A stretch of DNA of 52,837 nucleotides from a virus (taxonomy: Duplodnaviria; Caudoviricetes), in the IMG/VR virus record IMGVR_UViG_3300042879_003023, positions 1-52,837 of that record, one strand, 5' to 3'. Position numbers and translations under genes: made by a program. The notes under the pieces are model-generated. The model was given only the letters and a program-made list of their open reading frames with translations. It did not search any database and was not told the DNA's origin. Positions 28,752-38,510 of the stretch are shown here, in pieces (the stretch's first letter is position 1; every line of letters begins with the position of its first letter).

Positions 28752-30734
28752 ATGAGTAGATCCTTTTATAATATACAAAACAAAGTTGGTCAGTCATTTT
28801 CATTTCAAAAAAGTGGATCAACACCATCGTTTGACCCATCAATAACAATTACAGGTGGAACAAAACGTGTTAGTTATAATTTTGGTAATGGAACACAAAC
28901 TGCTGGAAATAGTATAACATACACCGGTTATACCTCCGATACAGGATTAAGAACAATAACTGTAAAAACAAATAGATTAAAAGACATAACGGCACTTAAC
29001 TTATTTGATGACCAACTTTATGGAAATTTAAATATAAGTGGATTAACATCATTAGGTGGTGGGTTTGGGGTTAATTTAAATCCAGGACTCACAGGAATTA
29101 CAAATCCAATTTCATATAACAACTTTACTTTTTATTCTACTTGGGGTTGTAATTTAACAGGAAATATTGATTTATCAACACTTTATGGTTTAGGAGGAGA
29201 TCTTGAATTTCAAGATAACACTAACTTAACTGGAATTACATTTCCATATACAACAAATAATGTTAATAAAGTAATTGCTTACCAATGCGGACTTAAAAAT
29301 AATTTAGTTGTTACGGGTTTAACTAATTTAGGTGGAGAATTCCAAGTATTTAGTAATCCACAATTAACAGGGATAACACATACTTCATCAGCAAGAAGTT
29401 TTACACAATATAAAGCATATAGTTGTAATTTAACAGGAAATTTAGATCTAACACCTTTATCAGGGTTAGGAGGGTCTTTCCAACTATATTCAAACACAAA
29501 TCTTACAGGTGTCACACATTCACCATCACCAAATAATTTTACAAATTATTATGTAAATAATTGTAACTTAACGGGTAATTTAGATTTACCTTTTTCCGGA
29601 TTGGGTGGTGATTTTAGGGTTCAGTCAAACCCATTACTTACAGGTGTTACGCATTCACCATCACCAAATAACTTTACTTACTATTTAGTAAATAATTGTA
29701 ACTTAATAGGTAATTTAGATTTAACACCTTTATCAGGATTAGGTGGTAATTTCCAAGCAAACACTAATCCACTATTAACAGGAATAACACATTCACCATC
29801 ATTAAATAATTTTACATCATATTATGTACATTCTTGTGACTTAACCGGCAATTTAGATTTAACTCCTTTATCAGGATTAGGAGGAGTCCTTGAATTATAT
29901 TTAAACCCAAATCTTACTGGTGTTACACATTCACCATCACCAAATAATTTTACATTTTATAATTTATATAATTGTAATTTAACAGGAAATTTAGATCTAA
30001 CACCTTTATCAGGGTTAGGAGGTCAGTTTGCGGTACAATCTAATTCTGGGTTAACAAGTATTAGCCACTCACCATCACCAAATAATTTTACATTTTATTA
30101 TGCGAATTCCTGTAATTTAACAGGTAATTTGGATTTAACCCCTTTATCTGGTTTGGGTGGGACTTTTAAAGTCGATGGAAACACACTTTTGACCGGTATA
30201 ACACACTCTACGTCAACAAACAATTTTACACAGTATGATTCATATAGTTGTAATTTAACAGGAACATTAGATTTATCACCTTTAACGAAACTTGGTGCGT
30301 CTAGTAGTGGTGCATCATTTGCATTTATTAGATTATATAGTAACCCTAATTTAACTAATATAATATTACCAAATTCTACACAATTTTTTAAAAATAACTT
30401 TAATATTGAATCTTTGGGTCTTTTTTCTTTATACTCTTGTAATTTAGATTATGTTGATTTTACACCACTATCAGGTGCAACGCTTTTATCAGGTGCAACA
30501 CAAGGAAATCCAAGAATATCTTTAAGGGATAATGGTATGTCAGTTGGTGATGTTAATCATATCCTTGTTGATTTTAGTGGTAATGCAACATACAATCCTA
30601 CCGGATGGTCAAACGTTAATTTAAATATTGGAGGATCAAATGCAAATCCAGACTCGTCGAGTGGTGGGTATGATGGGCTAGCAGCCATATCGTTTTTAAC
30701 GGGATCACCTTATAATTGGACAATAACTTATTAA
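28752..30734 (+). CDS. Leucine-rich-repeat solenoid protein, putative receptor-binding protein
   Basis: About nine 46-aa units (CNLTGNLDLTPLSGLGGxFxxxxNxxLTGxTHSPSPNNFTxYxxxx), directly after the tail fibre gene. Confidence 0.75.
   Translation: MSRSFYNIQNKVGQSFSFQKSGSTPSFDPSITITGGTKRVSYNFGNGTQTAGNSITYTGYTSDTGLRTITVKTNRLKDITALNLFDDQLYGNLNISGLTSLGGGFGVNLNPGLTGITNPISYNNFTFYSTWGCNLTGNIDLSTLYGLGGDLEFQDNTNLTGITFPYTTNNVNKVIAYQCGLKNNLVVTGLTNLGGEFQVFSNPQLTGITHTSSARSFTQYKAYSCNLTGNLDLTPLSGLGGSFQLYSNTNLTGVTHSPSPNNFTNYYVNNCNLTGNLDLPFSGLGGDFRVQSNPLLTGVTHSPSPNNFTYYLVNNCNLIGNLDLTPLSGLGGNFQANTNPLLTGITHSPSLNNFTSYYVHSCDLTGNLDLTPLSGLGGVLELYLNPNLTGVTHSPSPNNFTFYNLYNCNLTGNLDLTPLSGLGGQFAVQSNSGLTSISHSPSPNNFTFYYANSCNLTGNLDLTPLSGLGGTFKVDGNTLLTGITHSTSTNNFTQYDSYSCNLTGTLDLSPLTKLGASSSGASFAFIRLYSNPNLTNIILPNSTQFFKNNFNIESLGLFSLYSCNLDYVDFTPLSGATLLSGATQGNPRISLRDNGMSVGDVNHILVDFSGNATYNPTGWSNVNLNIGGSNANPDSSSGGYDGLAAISFLTGSPYNWTITY
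29148..30290 (+). repeat. 138-nt coding tandem repeat array (LRR units)
   Basis: Cys codons at 29148, 29286, 29424, 29562, 29697, 29835, 29973, 30111 and 30249: a period of 138 nt, with one 135-nt unit. Confidence 0.9.
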
Positions 30735-30736
30735 AT

Positions 30737-30958
30737 ATGGTTTGGAGATTAATATATGATAATAGTTACGTTATAGATTTGTTTGAAACAAATGATATTA
30801 CTATTACACCTTATAACATTTATGAAGGACCAACACAAGATGACTGTTTTAATAAAATAGATGAACTAACTTTAATTTATTACTACCCTTTAAATGAAAA
30901 TGAAATATTATTATTTAGTGGTGGTACAAGAACAATAATAGAAATAAATAACAATTAA
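30737..30958 (+). CDS. Small hypothetical protein (possible fibre chaperone)
   Basis: Likely start MVWRL at 30737, just after the LRR stop; coupled to the next gene. Confidence 0.6.
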   Translation: MVWRLIYDNSYVIDLFETNDITITPYNIYEGPTQDDCFNKIDELTLIYYYPLNENEILLFSGGTRTIIEINNN

Positions 30959-32571
30959 TGAGTCAATTAAGTGGAAATAGTTGTAATATAATAACACTTC
31001 TACCTTTAGGGTTAGATTGTGATAGTATTAATGCAACAACACCTGATGATACAAATGGTATTTTAGCGTTATATATAACAGGTGGTACTCCACCATATAA
31101 TGTCACTTGGGATAATGGTTCACACGGAACATTATTAACAAATTTATCACCTGGTGAATATACTGCAACTGTGGTTGATTATTATGGTGACTTTAGTGCA
31201 ACAACAACTTGTACTGTTGGATATGATACATTTTTAATTGAAGAATTTGAAAATTGTAAGGATCATTCTAAAATATATTATTTAGCGGATTTACCATCAA
31301 TATTCACAAGTGGTAAAACATATGGACTAACCACTCAGGTTGGATGTTGGATAAGTAGTGGATCAACATTTTATACAGGACAAACATATTTTAATAGCTT
31401 TGCTGAAATATCTTCAGGACCTTTCGATGATTGTACAGAGTGTTTACCAACACCTGAACCTGAACCTGTTTATCCTGAAAATTTATGTGTGCAATTATTT
31501 GTAAAACCAAGTAAAGAAGGACCTAATGTGTTATATCAACAGGATACTTTCTCAAGTGGATCAACAATAAACGGTTATCCGTCTTGGACAAGTGATACAC
31601 CAACACAAGTGATATATTATAACACTGGTAATACAAGATGGGAATTAACAAATTTTGCAGCATCAAATCCTTATTTTGTAACACCAATACCACCACCACT
31701 TGGTACTTGGACAATTCCTGGTTATTCATCTTCTTATATTTTAATTGTTAAATCAGGAGTATGTACAACACCACCTTTAACCATGTCTGTTAGAACATCG
31801 GATCCTACTTGTTCTAAAACACATAACGGGTCAATTACTGTAAGTGCGGCAAATGGCACACCACCATACCAATATTCAATAAATGGTGTTAATTATCAAT
31901 CATCAAATGTGTTCACAGGATTATTGGCGGGAACGTATACTGTTTATACTAAAGATTATGACGGAACTATAGTAACCCAAAGTGTGACACTATCAAATCA
32001 ACAAGTTGTTCAAACATATACAGTAACATTAACACCGACAACAACTACAGTTTTAAATGGTAACGCTCAAATAACAAAAACATATAAATATAGAATAGAA
32101 GTTACACCACCTTTACCAAGTAATAATTCGATCAGTTTTAATATACCAATTAGTGTATTATTAACAGGTACAACGCTTAACACAACACCATCAGTTCCGA
32201 CAACTCAGATTAATAGTATTAGTTTTCAAACTTTTGGGACATCAAATGTTACAGGTCCAACATCATTACCCGCAACTACGACATCAAACGCATTACCACA
32301 ACCTTGTGATAGAATCACACAATATACATCGGCATCGACTCAAACATATTTAGGATCAATTACTGGTAATAGTTATATTGAAGGAACTATTGTACAATCA
32401 ATTACAACACCTAGTATAGTATATAAAACTTGTAGATTATACGGTAATTTGAAAGACACGATAAATTTAACAAATGCTAGATTATCAAACGTTGATTGTT
32501 CTAATTTAAATTCACAAATAACTCCTATAAGTTTTGAAACAAGTTTAGTTGGTTTAGTTGTAGAAGGATAA
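30958..32571 (+). CDS. SprB-repeat-containing virion protein
   Basis: ITGGTPPYNVTW...NLSPGEYTATVVD and PTC...GSITVSAANGTPPYQYSING...FTGLLAGTYTVYTKD. Confidence 0.75.
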   Translation: MSQLSGNSCNIITLLPLGLDCDSINATTPDDTNGILALYITGGTPPYNVTWDNGSHGTLLTNLSPGEYTATVVDYYGDFSATTTCTVGYDTFLIEEFENCKDHSKIYYLADLPSIFTSGKTYGLTTQVGCWISSGSTFYTGQTYFNSFAEISSGPFDDCTECLPTPEPEPVYPENLCVQLFVKPSKEGPNVLYQQDTFSSGSTINGYPSWTSDTPTQVIYYNTGNTRWELTNFAASNPYFVTPIPPPLGTWTIPGYSSSYILIVKSGVCTTPPLTMSVRTSDPTCSKTHNGSITVSAANGTPPYQYSINGVNYQSSNVFTGLLAGTYTVYTKDYDGTIVTQSVTLSNQQVVQTYTVTLTPTTTTVLNGNAQITKTYKYRIEVTPPLPSNNSISFNIPISVLLTGTTLNTTPSVPTTQINSISFQTFGTSNVTGPTSLPATTTSNALPQPCDRITQYTSASTQTYLGSITGNSYIEGTIVQSITTPSIVYKTCRLYGNLKDTINLTNARLSNVDCSNLNSQITPISFETSLVGLVVEG

Positions 32572-32605
32572 AAAATAAAAAACAGTGTTAGAATATTTAT
32601 AAAAT

Positions 32606-34813
32606 ATGTCATACATAATTAAAAATACCGCAGCGTTAATCAATACAAAGTTTACTGACGCGGCAAGGAAAAAAATATCGCAAGGTAAATTTGACATTTC
32701 ATATTTCCAAGTAGGGGATAGTGAAGTTTGCTATAATTGTGTTAACGGAATGAATCAATCAGATTCATATGTTTTAATGCCACAAGATAATGCACAAAAC
32801 CCATCACCTGTTCCTGAAAAAAATAGAATGCACGTTAAATATCCATTATTTTTGGATTCGACTAGTGGATCTACTTATGGTGTACCATTTGATGCGTCTT
32901 ATATTGATTATGTTTTTAATAGTGCAGCCCCAAGAGGATTTTTTAGTGGAGATTCAACAAGTGGGTTTACTATACTTACAACATCGGCATATACTATAAA
33001 TCCTAACTTTGTTGTTGATAATACTAGTGTTACATCAGGGACAATTATTACATTATCGGCAACATCAGTTAACCCATCCGTATCAGGAACAGTAGCACCT
33101 GGTATGATTTTAACTTTATTTACTCAGTCGTCTATATCACCATTAAGTGGTAGTGGACCGATGTTTACATACGCTGTTGTTGGAGTTACAGGAGACACAT
33201 CAACAGGAACAACTGTAACGATAGAACTTGACAGGCAACTACCAAATTTCGGATCATTAGGGTTAAGTGGAAATAGTTCGGTAGTGTTTTATCCTTCAGG
33301 TATGACTGATTTATATGATTCATATACACCACAACCATATTGGGATACGGATGCATTTAATTTTGAATCCGCTTGTGATATTTCACAAGCAGACGTTAAA
33401 GTTTGGAATATGAATTCCCCTTGGACCGAATCACCAGCAGGACTTTTTAATGTGACGTATCAAGATTTTAACTATTATAGATCAACAGGATATACAGGAT
33501 CTAAAGAATATTTTGGATATAATTCACTTGACGGTCAAAAAGACACAGATTCAACATACTACTATAATAGTTTTTCTGAAAAAATAACAGTAACACCACC
33601 TAATCAAAAAGCAATTGCAATTGTACACTACACTAACCAATCAATAGACAACTATTATGGTGAAAAATTTGCAATGCAAGATTACGATCCAACAAATCCA
33701 GGTAATACAGGTCAAGCAAGAAACTTCAAGTTAAGTATTCCTTGGCTTATGTGGCACAAAAGTAAAAATGGAACAATGGGTGTTGATTTTTACACAGACC
33801 CATCAGGATTTACTTCTGTGAATTTGTTTGAAGTTCATTATATAAAAAGTAAAAGAGACATTCAGTTTAATAATCCTGGTCTTAGATACTATCATTTGTG
33901 GGATACATTTGCAAATACAAACGGTTACCCAAATAGGGTTGGTAAAGTGTTTCCTGATTTAAAAATGATTGTTTTTGATGATGATGAAATTGTTGCGGCA
34001 CTTAATTCAAAATCAAATAGAAACTGGACACTTCCAGCTCCTAAATTAGGTCTTGTAACACCAAACACATTTAACGGTGTATTAGGTGGAACTGCAGGTC
34101 TTTTAACAGGAAATAGTGAAACATTATTTTTAACATATAGATTAAATAGTTCGGCATTTACAAATTCTTTACATTGTAATTACTATACTACAATTTCAGG
34201 AAATGATCAAAGTTTATTACCGGGGGCTTCTGATATTATTATAAGATTTGGTAATGAGTTCCCATTTTTAAATTCAACAATTGGTGGGGTTCCTTCAGGA
34301 TATAGTGCAAATGATATTACGTTAATTGCTCAAAAAGTACCAAGTGGGACAACAAGACCTGATCCTACACTTTGGAAAGAAATAACAATTACTGATCAGT
34401 ATTCTGCGTCAACATCAGGAGGATACCTAACAATTTCAGGAATGACAGGAACAACTTTCCAAATTACAAAAAATATGTATGATACTGCACCAACATATAA
34501 TTTATCAAATTATTTGAATTTACCAATATCTAATCAATCTGGTGTTACATTTAATTTTGGAGGAGATTACTTTTTCTTTGGAAACATTCAAACTGATATT
34601 CAAGCAACAATATATGTAATGAATTTCTTAGTTAATTTAGGTCAGACACAATTTTTTGATTCCTCAAACCCAACTTGGGATAGTACGAAAACACCTTATG
34701 TCACTGAAGTTGGACTTTACAATGCAGATAAAGAACTTATGGTTATATCTAAGATACAATCCCCACAAAAAAGACAAGGGATTCAACAGTATCCGATTAA
34801 AATAGACATTTGA
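32606..34813 (+). CDS. Virion tail/baseplate protein (fibre-attachment-like)
   Basis: N-terminal TKFTDAARKKIS...YFQVGDSE and C-terminal YVTEVGLYNADKELMVISK...P motifs; TATTTAT at 32594. Confidence 0.65.
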   Translation: MSYIIKNTAALINTKFTDAARKKISQGKFDISYFQVGDSEVCYNCVNGMNQSDSYVLMPQDNAQNPSPVPEKNRMHVKYPLFLDSTSGSTYGVPFDASYIDYVFNSAAPRGFFSGDSTSGFTILTTSAYTINPNFVVDNTSVTSGTIITLSATSVNPSVSGTVAPGMILTLFTQSSISPLSGSGPMFTYAVVGVTGDTSTGTTVTIELDRQLPNFGSLGLSGNSSVVFYPSGMTDLYDSYTPQPYWDTDAFNFESACDISQADVKVWNMNSPWTESPAGLFNVTYQDFNYYRSTGYTGSKEYFGYNSLDGQKDTDSTYYYNSFSEKITVTPPNQKAIAIVHYTNQSIDNYYGEKFAMQDYDPTNPGNTGQARNFKLSIPWLMWHKSKNGTMGVDFYTDPSGFTSVNLFEVHYIKSKRDIQFNNPGLRYYHLWDTFANTNGYPNRVGKVFPDLKMIVFDDDEIVAALNSKSNRNWTLPAPKLGLVTPNTFNGVLGGTAGLLTGNSETLFLTYRLNSSAFTNSLHCNYYTTISGNDQSLLPGASDIIIRFGNEFPFLNSTIGGVPSGYSANDITLIAQKVPSGTTRPDPTLWKEITITDQYSASTSGGYLTISGMTGTTFQITKNMYDTAPTYNLSNYLNLPISNQSGVTFNFGGDYFFFGNIQTDIQATIYVMNFLVNLGQTQFFDSSNPTWDSTKTPYVTEVGLYNADKELMVISKIQSPQKRQGIQQYPIKIDI

Positions 34814-34819
34814 TTTTTT

Positions 34820-35422
34820 ATGGCAAAAACAGATTTGAAAAACGCACCAAAAGTGTTAGGTCTTGATATATCGACAAAAACAATTGGTTGGAGTTTATTT
34901 GATATTAAAACACAAGAATTATTGGAACTAACACACTTTTCACCGGTTATTAAACCAAAAGTGGACAATAAAATTCAAGAACTTTTATTAAAAGTTAAAG
35001 CTTTTGAAGAAAAACTTGAAAACTATAAAAATCTTGGAATTACAAAAGTTGTTATTGAAGAACCACTTTTAAATTCAAATAACATTTGGACCGTTGGAAC
35101 CCTTTTAAGATATAATTCAATGATCACAAAATCTATTTATGATATTTTAGGTATAGTTCCATCATATATTTCAACATACAATTCAAGAAAATATGCTTGG
35201 CCAGATCTTGTACAACAAAACGATAAAGGTAAACACGTATTATTTGGAGGACTTCCAAAAGACATAGATAAAAAAGAAATTATTTGGAAAAAGGTATCAG
35301 ATAAAGAACCACAAATTACTTGGCTTTATACAAAAAACAACACACTTAAAAAGGAGTGTTATGATATGGCCGACTCCTACACCTGTGTGTTAGGTTTTAT
35401 GAAAGAACAAAAGATTTGGTAA
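34820..35422 (+). CDS. ruvC: Holliday junction resolvase, RuvC-like
   Basis: VLGLDISTKTIGW, VVIEEP and DMADS acidic RNase H-fold residues. Confidence 0.85.
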   Translation: MAKTDLKNAPKVLGLDISTKTIGWSLFDIKTQELLELTHFSPVIKPKVDNKIQELLLKVKAFEEKLENYKNLGITKVVIEEPLLNSNNIWTVGTLLRYNSMITKSIYDILGIVPSYISTYNSRKYAWPDLVQQNDKGKHVLFGGLPKDIDKKEIIWKKVSDKEPQITWLYTKNNTLKKECYDMADSYTCVLGFMKEQKIW

Positions 35423-35482
35423 GATCAGGATTTAACTGGTTTTTTTTTGTTTTATGTAATATTTATAAATAAAAATTGAATT

Positions 35483-35932
35483 ATGAAAAGAACAATAAGA
35501 TTAACCGAATCTGAACTTATATCTGTTATAAAAAAAGTTATTAGTGAACAAAATATAATTAAAGAAGACACTTCTATTGAACAATCAATCGCTTCAGTTG
35601 ACCCAAGAGATCCTAAGATTGAAAAACTAATCGCTGATTGGGTAATGACTTTTGGTAGTGTGGAAGAATTGGAATATTATATTAAACAAAATGCACGTGA
35701 AGGTCAAACTCCACTTTTTTTACAAAAAATAATGTCATTTCTTGAAAAAACACCAGAAGAAAAACGTCGTAAACAAATTAATCAGGCAACACGATCTTAT
35801 AACCTACAACAGGCATCTGATAGTCCTGTAGGAAAAGTTGCAAAAACAATAGGAGCGTTAACCTTTGATGCTTTATGGCTAATGTTAGCGAATAAAATCA
35901 GAAAAGGATTACAAAATAAAAAAGAACAATAA
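35483..35932 (+). CDS. Hypothetical protein with RLTESEL...IKKVISEQ N-terminus (putative head-internal protein)
   Basis: Standalone unit with TATTTAT at 35460 and its own terminator. Confidence 0.65.
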   Translation: MKRTIRLTESELISVIKKVISEQNIIKEDTSIEQSIASVDPRDPKIEKLIADWVMTFGSVEELEYYIKQNAREGQTPLFLQKIMSFLEKTPEEKRRKQINQATRSYNLQQASDSPVGKVAKTIGALTFDALWLMLANKIRKGLQNKKEQ

Positions 35933-35938
35933 TATATT

Positions 35939-35965
35939 AACCCACCACATAAAGGTGGGTTTTTT
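35939..35965 (+). terminator. Rho-independent terminator
   Basis: AACCCACC-ACATAAA-GGTGGGTT followed by a T run. Confidence 0.85.
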
Positions 35966-35970
35966 GTTAA

Positions 35971-35999
35971 TTGACATTTCTTAAAAAATCACCTATTTT
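35971..35999 (+). promoter_or_regulatory. -35/-10 type promoter upstream of primase
   Basis: TTGACA-N17-TATTTT, 6 nt before the GTG start. Confidence 0.6.
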
Positions 36000-36005
36000 T
36001 AAAGG

Positions 36006-36926
36006 GTGAGTGAAGATAATCTTATAATTGATTTAGTTGAAAACATTTTTGGTGAACCAAAAAGTGTTAATGAATATAGTGGACAAATTTCTGTCGACTG
36101 TCCTGTTTGTTCCTATGAAATAAAAGGATTATCAAAAACAGACGGTAAAGGAAACCTTGAAATAAATTATGTAAGTCACGTTTATAAATGCTGGGCTTGT
36201 GCAGAAACACACGGAACACACGGACATTTAGGTAAATTAATAGAACAGTTCGGATCCAAAAAAGATAAAAAAACTTATAACCTCATCAGACCAGACAAAG
36301 TAGAAAAAAAACAAAAAGAATACAAAAAACTACAACTACCAAAAGAGTATAAAAAGTTTGAAGAAATACACCCCTTACATATACCAAGAAAGGAAGCTTT
36401 TAACTATCTGAAAAAAAGAGGAATTACCCAAGAAATTATAGATAAACACCAAATTGGTCTTTGTGTTGATGGTGAATATGCTGGACGTATCATAGTTCCA
36501 TCTTTTAATAAAAAAGGTGAATTAAATTATTTTGTTGGAAGAAGTTGGAATACAAGATCAAAATTAAAATATAAAAACCCCGAAGCTGCAAAAGATTTTT
36601 TGATCTTTAATGAAAGTTTGATTGATTGGAAAAAAGACATCTATCTTGTTGAAGGTGTTTTTGATAGTTTCTTTTTAGATAATTCAATAGCACTACTTGG
36701 TAAGTATGTTAATGATAACTTATGGGAAATGTTATATACAAAAGCAAAAAAGAATATCATTGTTTGTTTAGATGGTGATGCTTTTGATGATGCAAAAAAC
36801 ATATATGATAAACTAAATGGTGGGACACTCTATAATAGGGTTAAATTGTTAAAACTACCAAAAGATAAAGACGTGTGTGATTTAAGAGGGGAAATAAATG
36901 ATTATTATATAAAAGAAAAAGAATGA
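36006..36926 (+). CDS. dnaG: DNA primase
   Basis: Zn finger CPVC...CWAC, YLKKRGI, GRIIVP, YKNP, and TOPRIM VEGVFD and LDGDA motifs. Confidence 0.92.
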   Translation: MSEDNLIIDLVENIFGEPKSVNEYSGQISVDCPVCSYEIKGLSKTDGKGNLEINYVSHVYKCWACAETHGTHGHLGKLIEQFGSKKDKKTYNLIRPDKVEKKQKEYKKLQLPKEYKKFEEIHPLHIPRKEAFNYLKKRGITQEIIDKHQIGLCVDGEYAGRIIVPSFNKKGELNYFVGRSWNTRSKLKYKNPEAAKDFLIFNESLIDWKKDIYLVEGVFDSFFLDNSIALLGKYVNDNLWEMLYTKAKKNIIVCLDGDAFDDAKNIYDKLNGGTLYNRVKLLKLPKDKDVCDLRGEINDYYIKEKE

Positions 36927-37780
36927 ATTTAAAAGAAATAGCTGAAAAAATTAGAAGTGTTTTATCTAAAAGAAGGGATGAATTAAATTTATCTTTTGAA
37001 GAAGAAGGGCACGAATATACAATGATGGATGTTGATGGGACCTTAAGAACTGATTTTCCTTCTGTATCAAAAGTAATGAAATTATTCTATGATGAGTTTC
37101 CAACTGAGCAAGCAGCATACAATAAGGCAAAAGGTGACCCATATATTATGCAAACTTTACTTGCAGAATGGGAAGAAGCGGGAAAGACATCAACAAATAT
37201 GGGTAGTAGAGTCCATTATGAACTTGAAATCGAAACTTTAGATAGACATCAGTTGGATAAAGAAGTCAGGGTTCCAATATATGAGTGTGATTTTGAAATG
37301 ATAATGAAAAGTGATCGAATGATAAAGGCGGGAAAAAACTTTTTATCACTTATGGAACAAAGAGGTGCCATTTTAATTGATACTGAGATTGTTTTGGGTG
37401 ATCCTGAATTAGGTTATGTTGGGCAAGGAGATACCTGTTGGATTATTGAAAATAAATCAAAAAACGGATTTGGATTTATAATTACGGATTATAAAACAAA
37501 CAAGAAAAAAAATATGGAAACAAATGATTATACAAAACCTATGCGTAACCCATTTGAATTTCTACCAAATATTGCTCTTGGTCACTATAACACCCAATTG
37601 CCACTCTACGGTAAATTGTTATTAAAAATGTTAAAAGGGTCAGAGTATGAAAATATACCACTATTAGGTTGTATAATAGTCCATTTGACGGATGAACAAG
37701 ATTTTGTTGAACATAGAGTTCCAAAAAATGTTATTGATATCATAATGAAAATGGATATAAAAGCCAAGTTGACAAAATAA
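36923..37780 (+). CDS. PD-(D/E)xK exonuclease (Cas4/RecB-like)
   Basis: PSVSK, GSRVHYELE, GQGD...ITDYKT and HYNTQLPLY motifs. Confidence 0.85.
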   Translation: MNLKEIAEKIRSVLSKRRDELNLSFEEEGHEYTMMDVDGTLRTDFPSVSKVMKLFYDEFPTEQAAYNKAKGDPYIMQTLLAEWEEAGKTSTNMGSRVHYELEIETLDRHQLDKEVRVPIYECDFEMIMKSDRMIKAGKNFLSLMEQRGAILIDTEIVLGDPELGYVGQGDTCWIIENKSKNGFGFIITDYKTNKKKNMETNDYTKPMRNPFEFLPNIALGHYNTQLPLYGKLLLKMLKGSEYENIPLLGCIIVHLTDEQDFVEHRVPKNVIDIIMKMDIKAKLTK

Positions 37781-37797
37781 ATAAAATAAATTATATT
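37769..37797 (+). promoter_or_regulatory. -35/-10 type promoter
   Basis: TTGACA-N17-TATATT, 5 nt before the ATG at 37803. Confidence 0.6.
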
Positions 37798-37802
37798 ATA
37801 CT

Positions 37803-37895
37803 ATGGAACCGAAAATTACTATTGCGTGGTATTACACCACAAGTTGGGACAATAATGGAATTGGAAAAATAAACGTCAATTATATAATAAAATGA
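37803..37895 (+). CDS. Micro-ORF, 30 aa (MEPKITIAWYYTTSWDNNGIGKINVNYIIK)
   Basis: Directly follows the promoter and has an ATGA overlap with the next gene. Confidence 0.5.
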   Translation: MEPKITIAWYYTTSWDNNGIGKINVNYIIK

Positions 37896-38140
37896 AAATT
37901 AGAATGACAAGATCGTATAGTGTTTGGGAATCTTACGAATCTATTGAAATTAACCCAGAAGATTATCCTGAACTTGAAGGAATGACAGATGAAGAAGTTG
38001 TTGAATACATTAATCAAAATGCTTATGATTTTGAGTTAAAAGACGGAAGTGAAGGAAGTATTGTTGATGAAATTATGTTCGGTAAAGACATTGTTAAAGA
38101 TAAACAAACTGATGACGAAGTTGATTTTTATTTAGATTAA
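37892..38140 (+). CDS. Small acidic hypothetical protein
   Basis: 82 aa, Asp/Glu-rich. Confidence 0.7.
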   Translation: MKIRMTRSYSVWESYESIEINPEDYPELEGMTDEEVVEYINQNAYDFELKDGSEGSIVDEIMFGKDIVKDKQTDDEVDFYLD

Positions 38141-38144
38141 TATT

Positions 38145-38360
38145 ATGGATGAAATTATTAGACCAAAGATCAATTTAAAAGATCAAGAAACTGTTAAGTG
38201 TGAAAAGTGTAGTTCAGAATTCTTTAAAGAAGTAACCTTACTTAAAAAAATACCAAAACTTTTAACAGGTAGTCCCGAAGATACAATTGTGCCGTTCCCA
38301 ACATATATGTGTAATGATTGTGGTTTTGTGAACGAAGATTTCCAGCTATTTAAAAATTAA
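38145..38360 (+). CDS. Zinc-ribbon protein
   Basis: CEKC...CNDCG. Confidence 0.75.
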   Translation: MDEIIRPKINLKDQETVKCEKCSSEFFKEVTLLKKIPKLLTGSPEDTIVPFPTYMCNDCGFVNEDFQLFKN

Positions 38361-38363
38361 AAA

Positions 38364-38510
38364 ATGGAAATAGGTAGAATGACAATAAGTGAAGCTTATC
38401 CACATTTGAAGTCAATTGCAAATGTTTATGGGTTAAATTTGAATAGAGTTAAAGAATTTAAATTTGCAAGATTGATGCTTGCAAACTTATATAATAGAGA
38501 ATTATGTTAA
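38364..38510 (+). CDS. Small hypothetical protein (48 aa, not in ORF track)
   Basis: MEIGRMTISEAYPHLKSIANVYGLNLNRVKEFKFARLMLANLYNRELC fills the gap and overlaps the next start. Confidence 0.6.
   Translation: MEIGRMTISEAYPHLKSIANVYGLNLNRVKEFKFARLMLANLYNRELC

Noticed and set aside
29148-30290. LRR array as a CRISPR array or DGR template/variable pair
   Set aside because: The repeats are in-frame coding units with synonymous variation. The differences are not confined to adenines, and no reverse transcriptase or cas operon is in the window.
35423-35448. Possible terminator after ruvC
   Set aside because: The T run is clear but the stem is short and depends on G-U pairs; too weak to call.
36923-37780. 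Cas4-like gene as a sign of a CRISPR system
   Set aside because: It sits in the primase operon with no array or other cas genes; stand-alone nucleases of this type are routine in phages.
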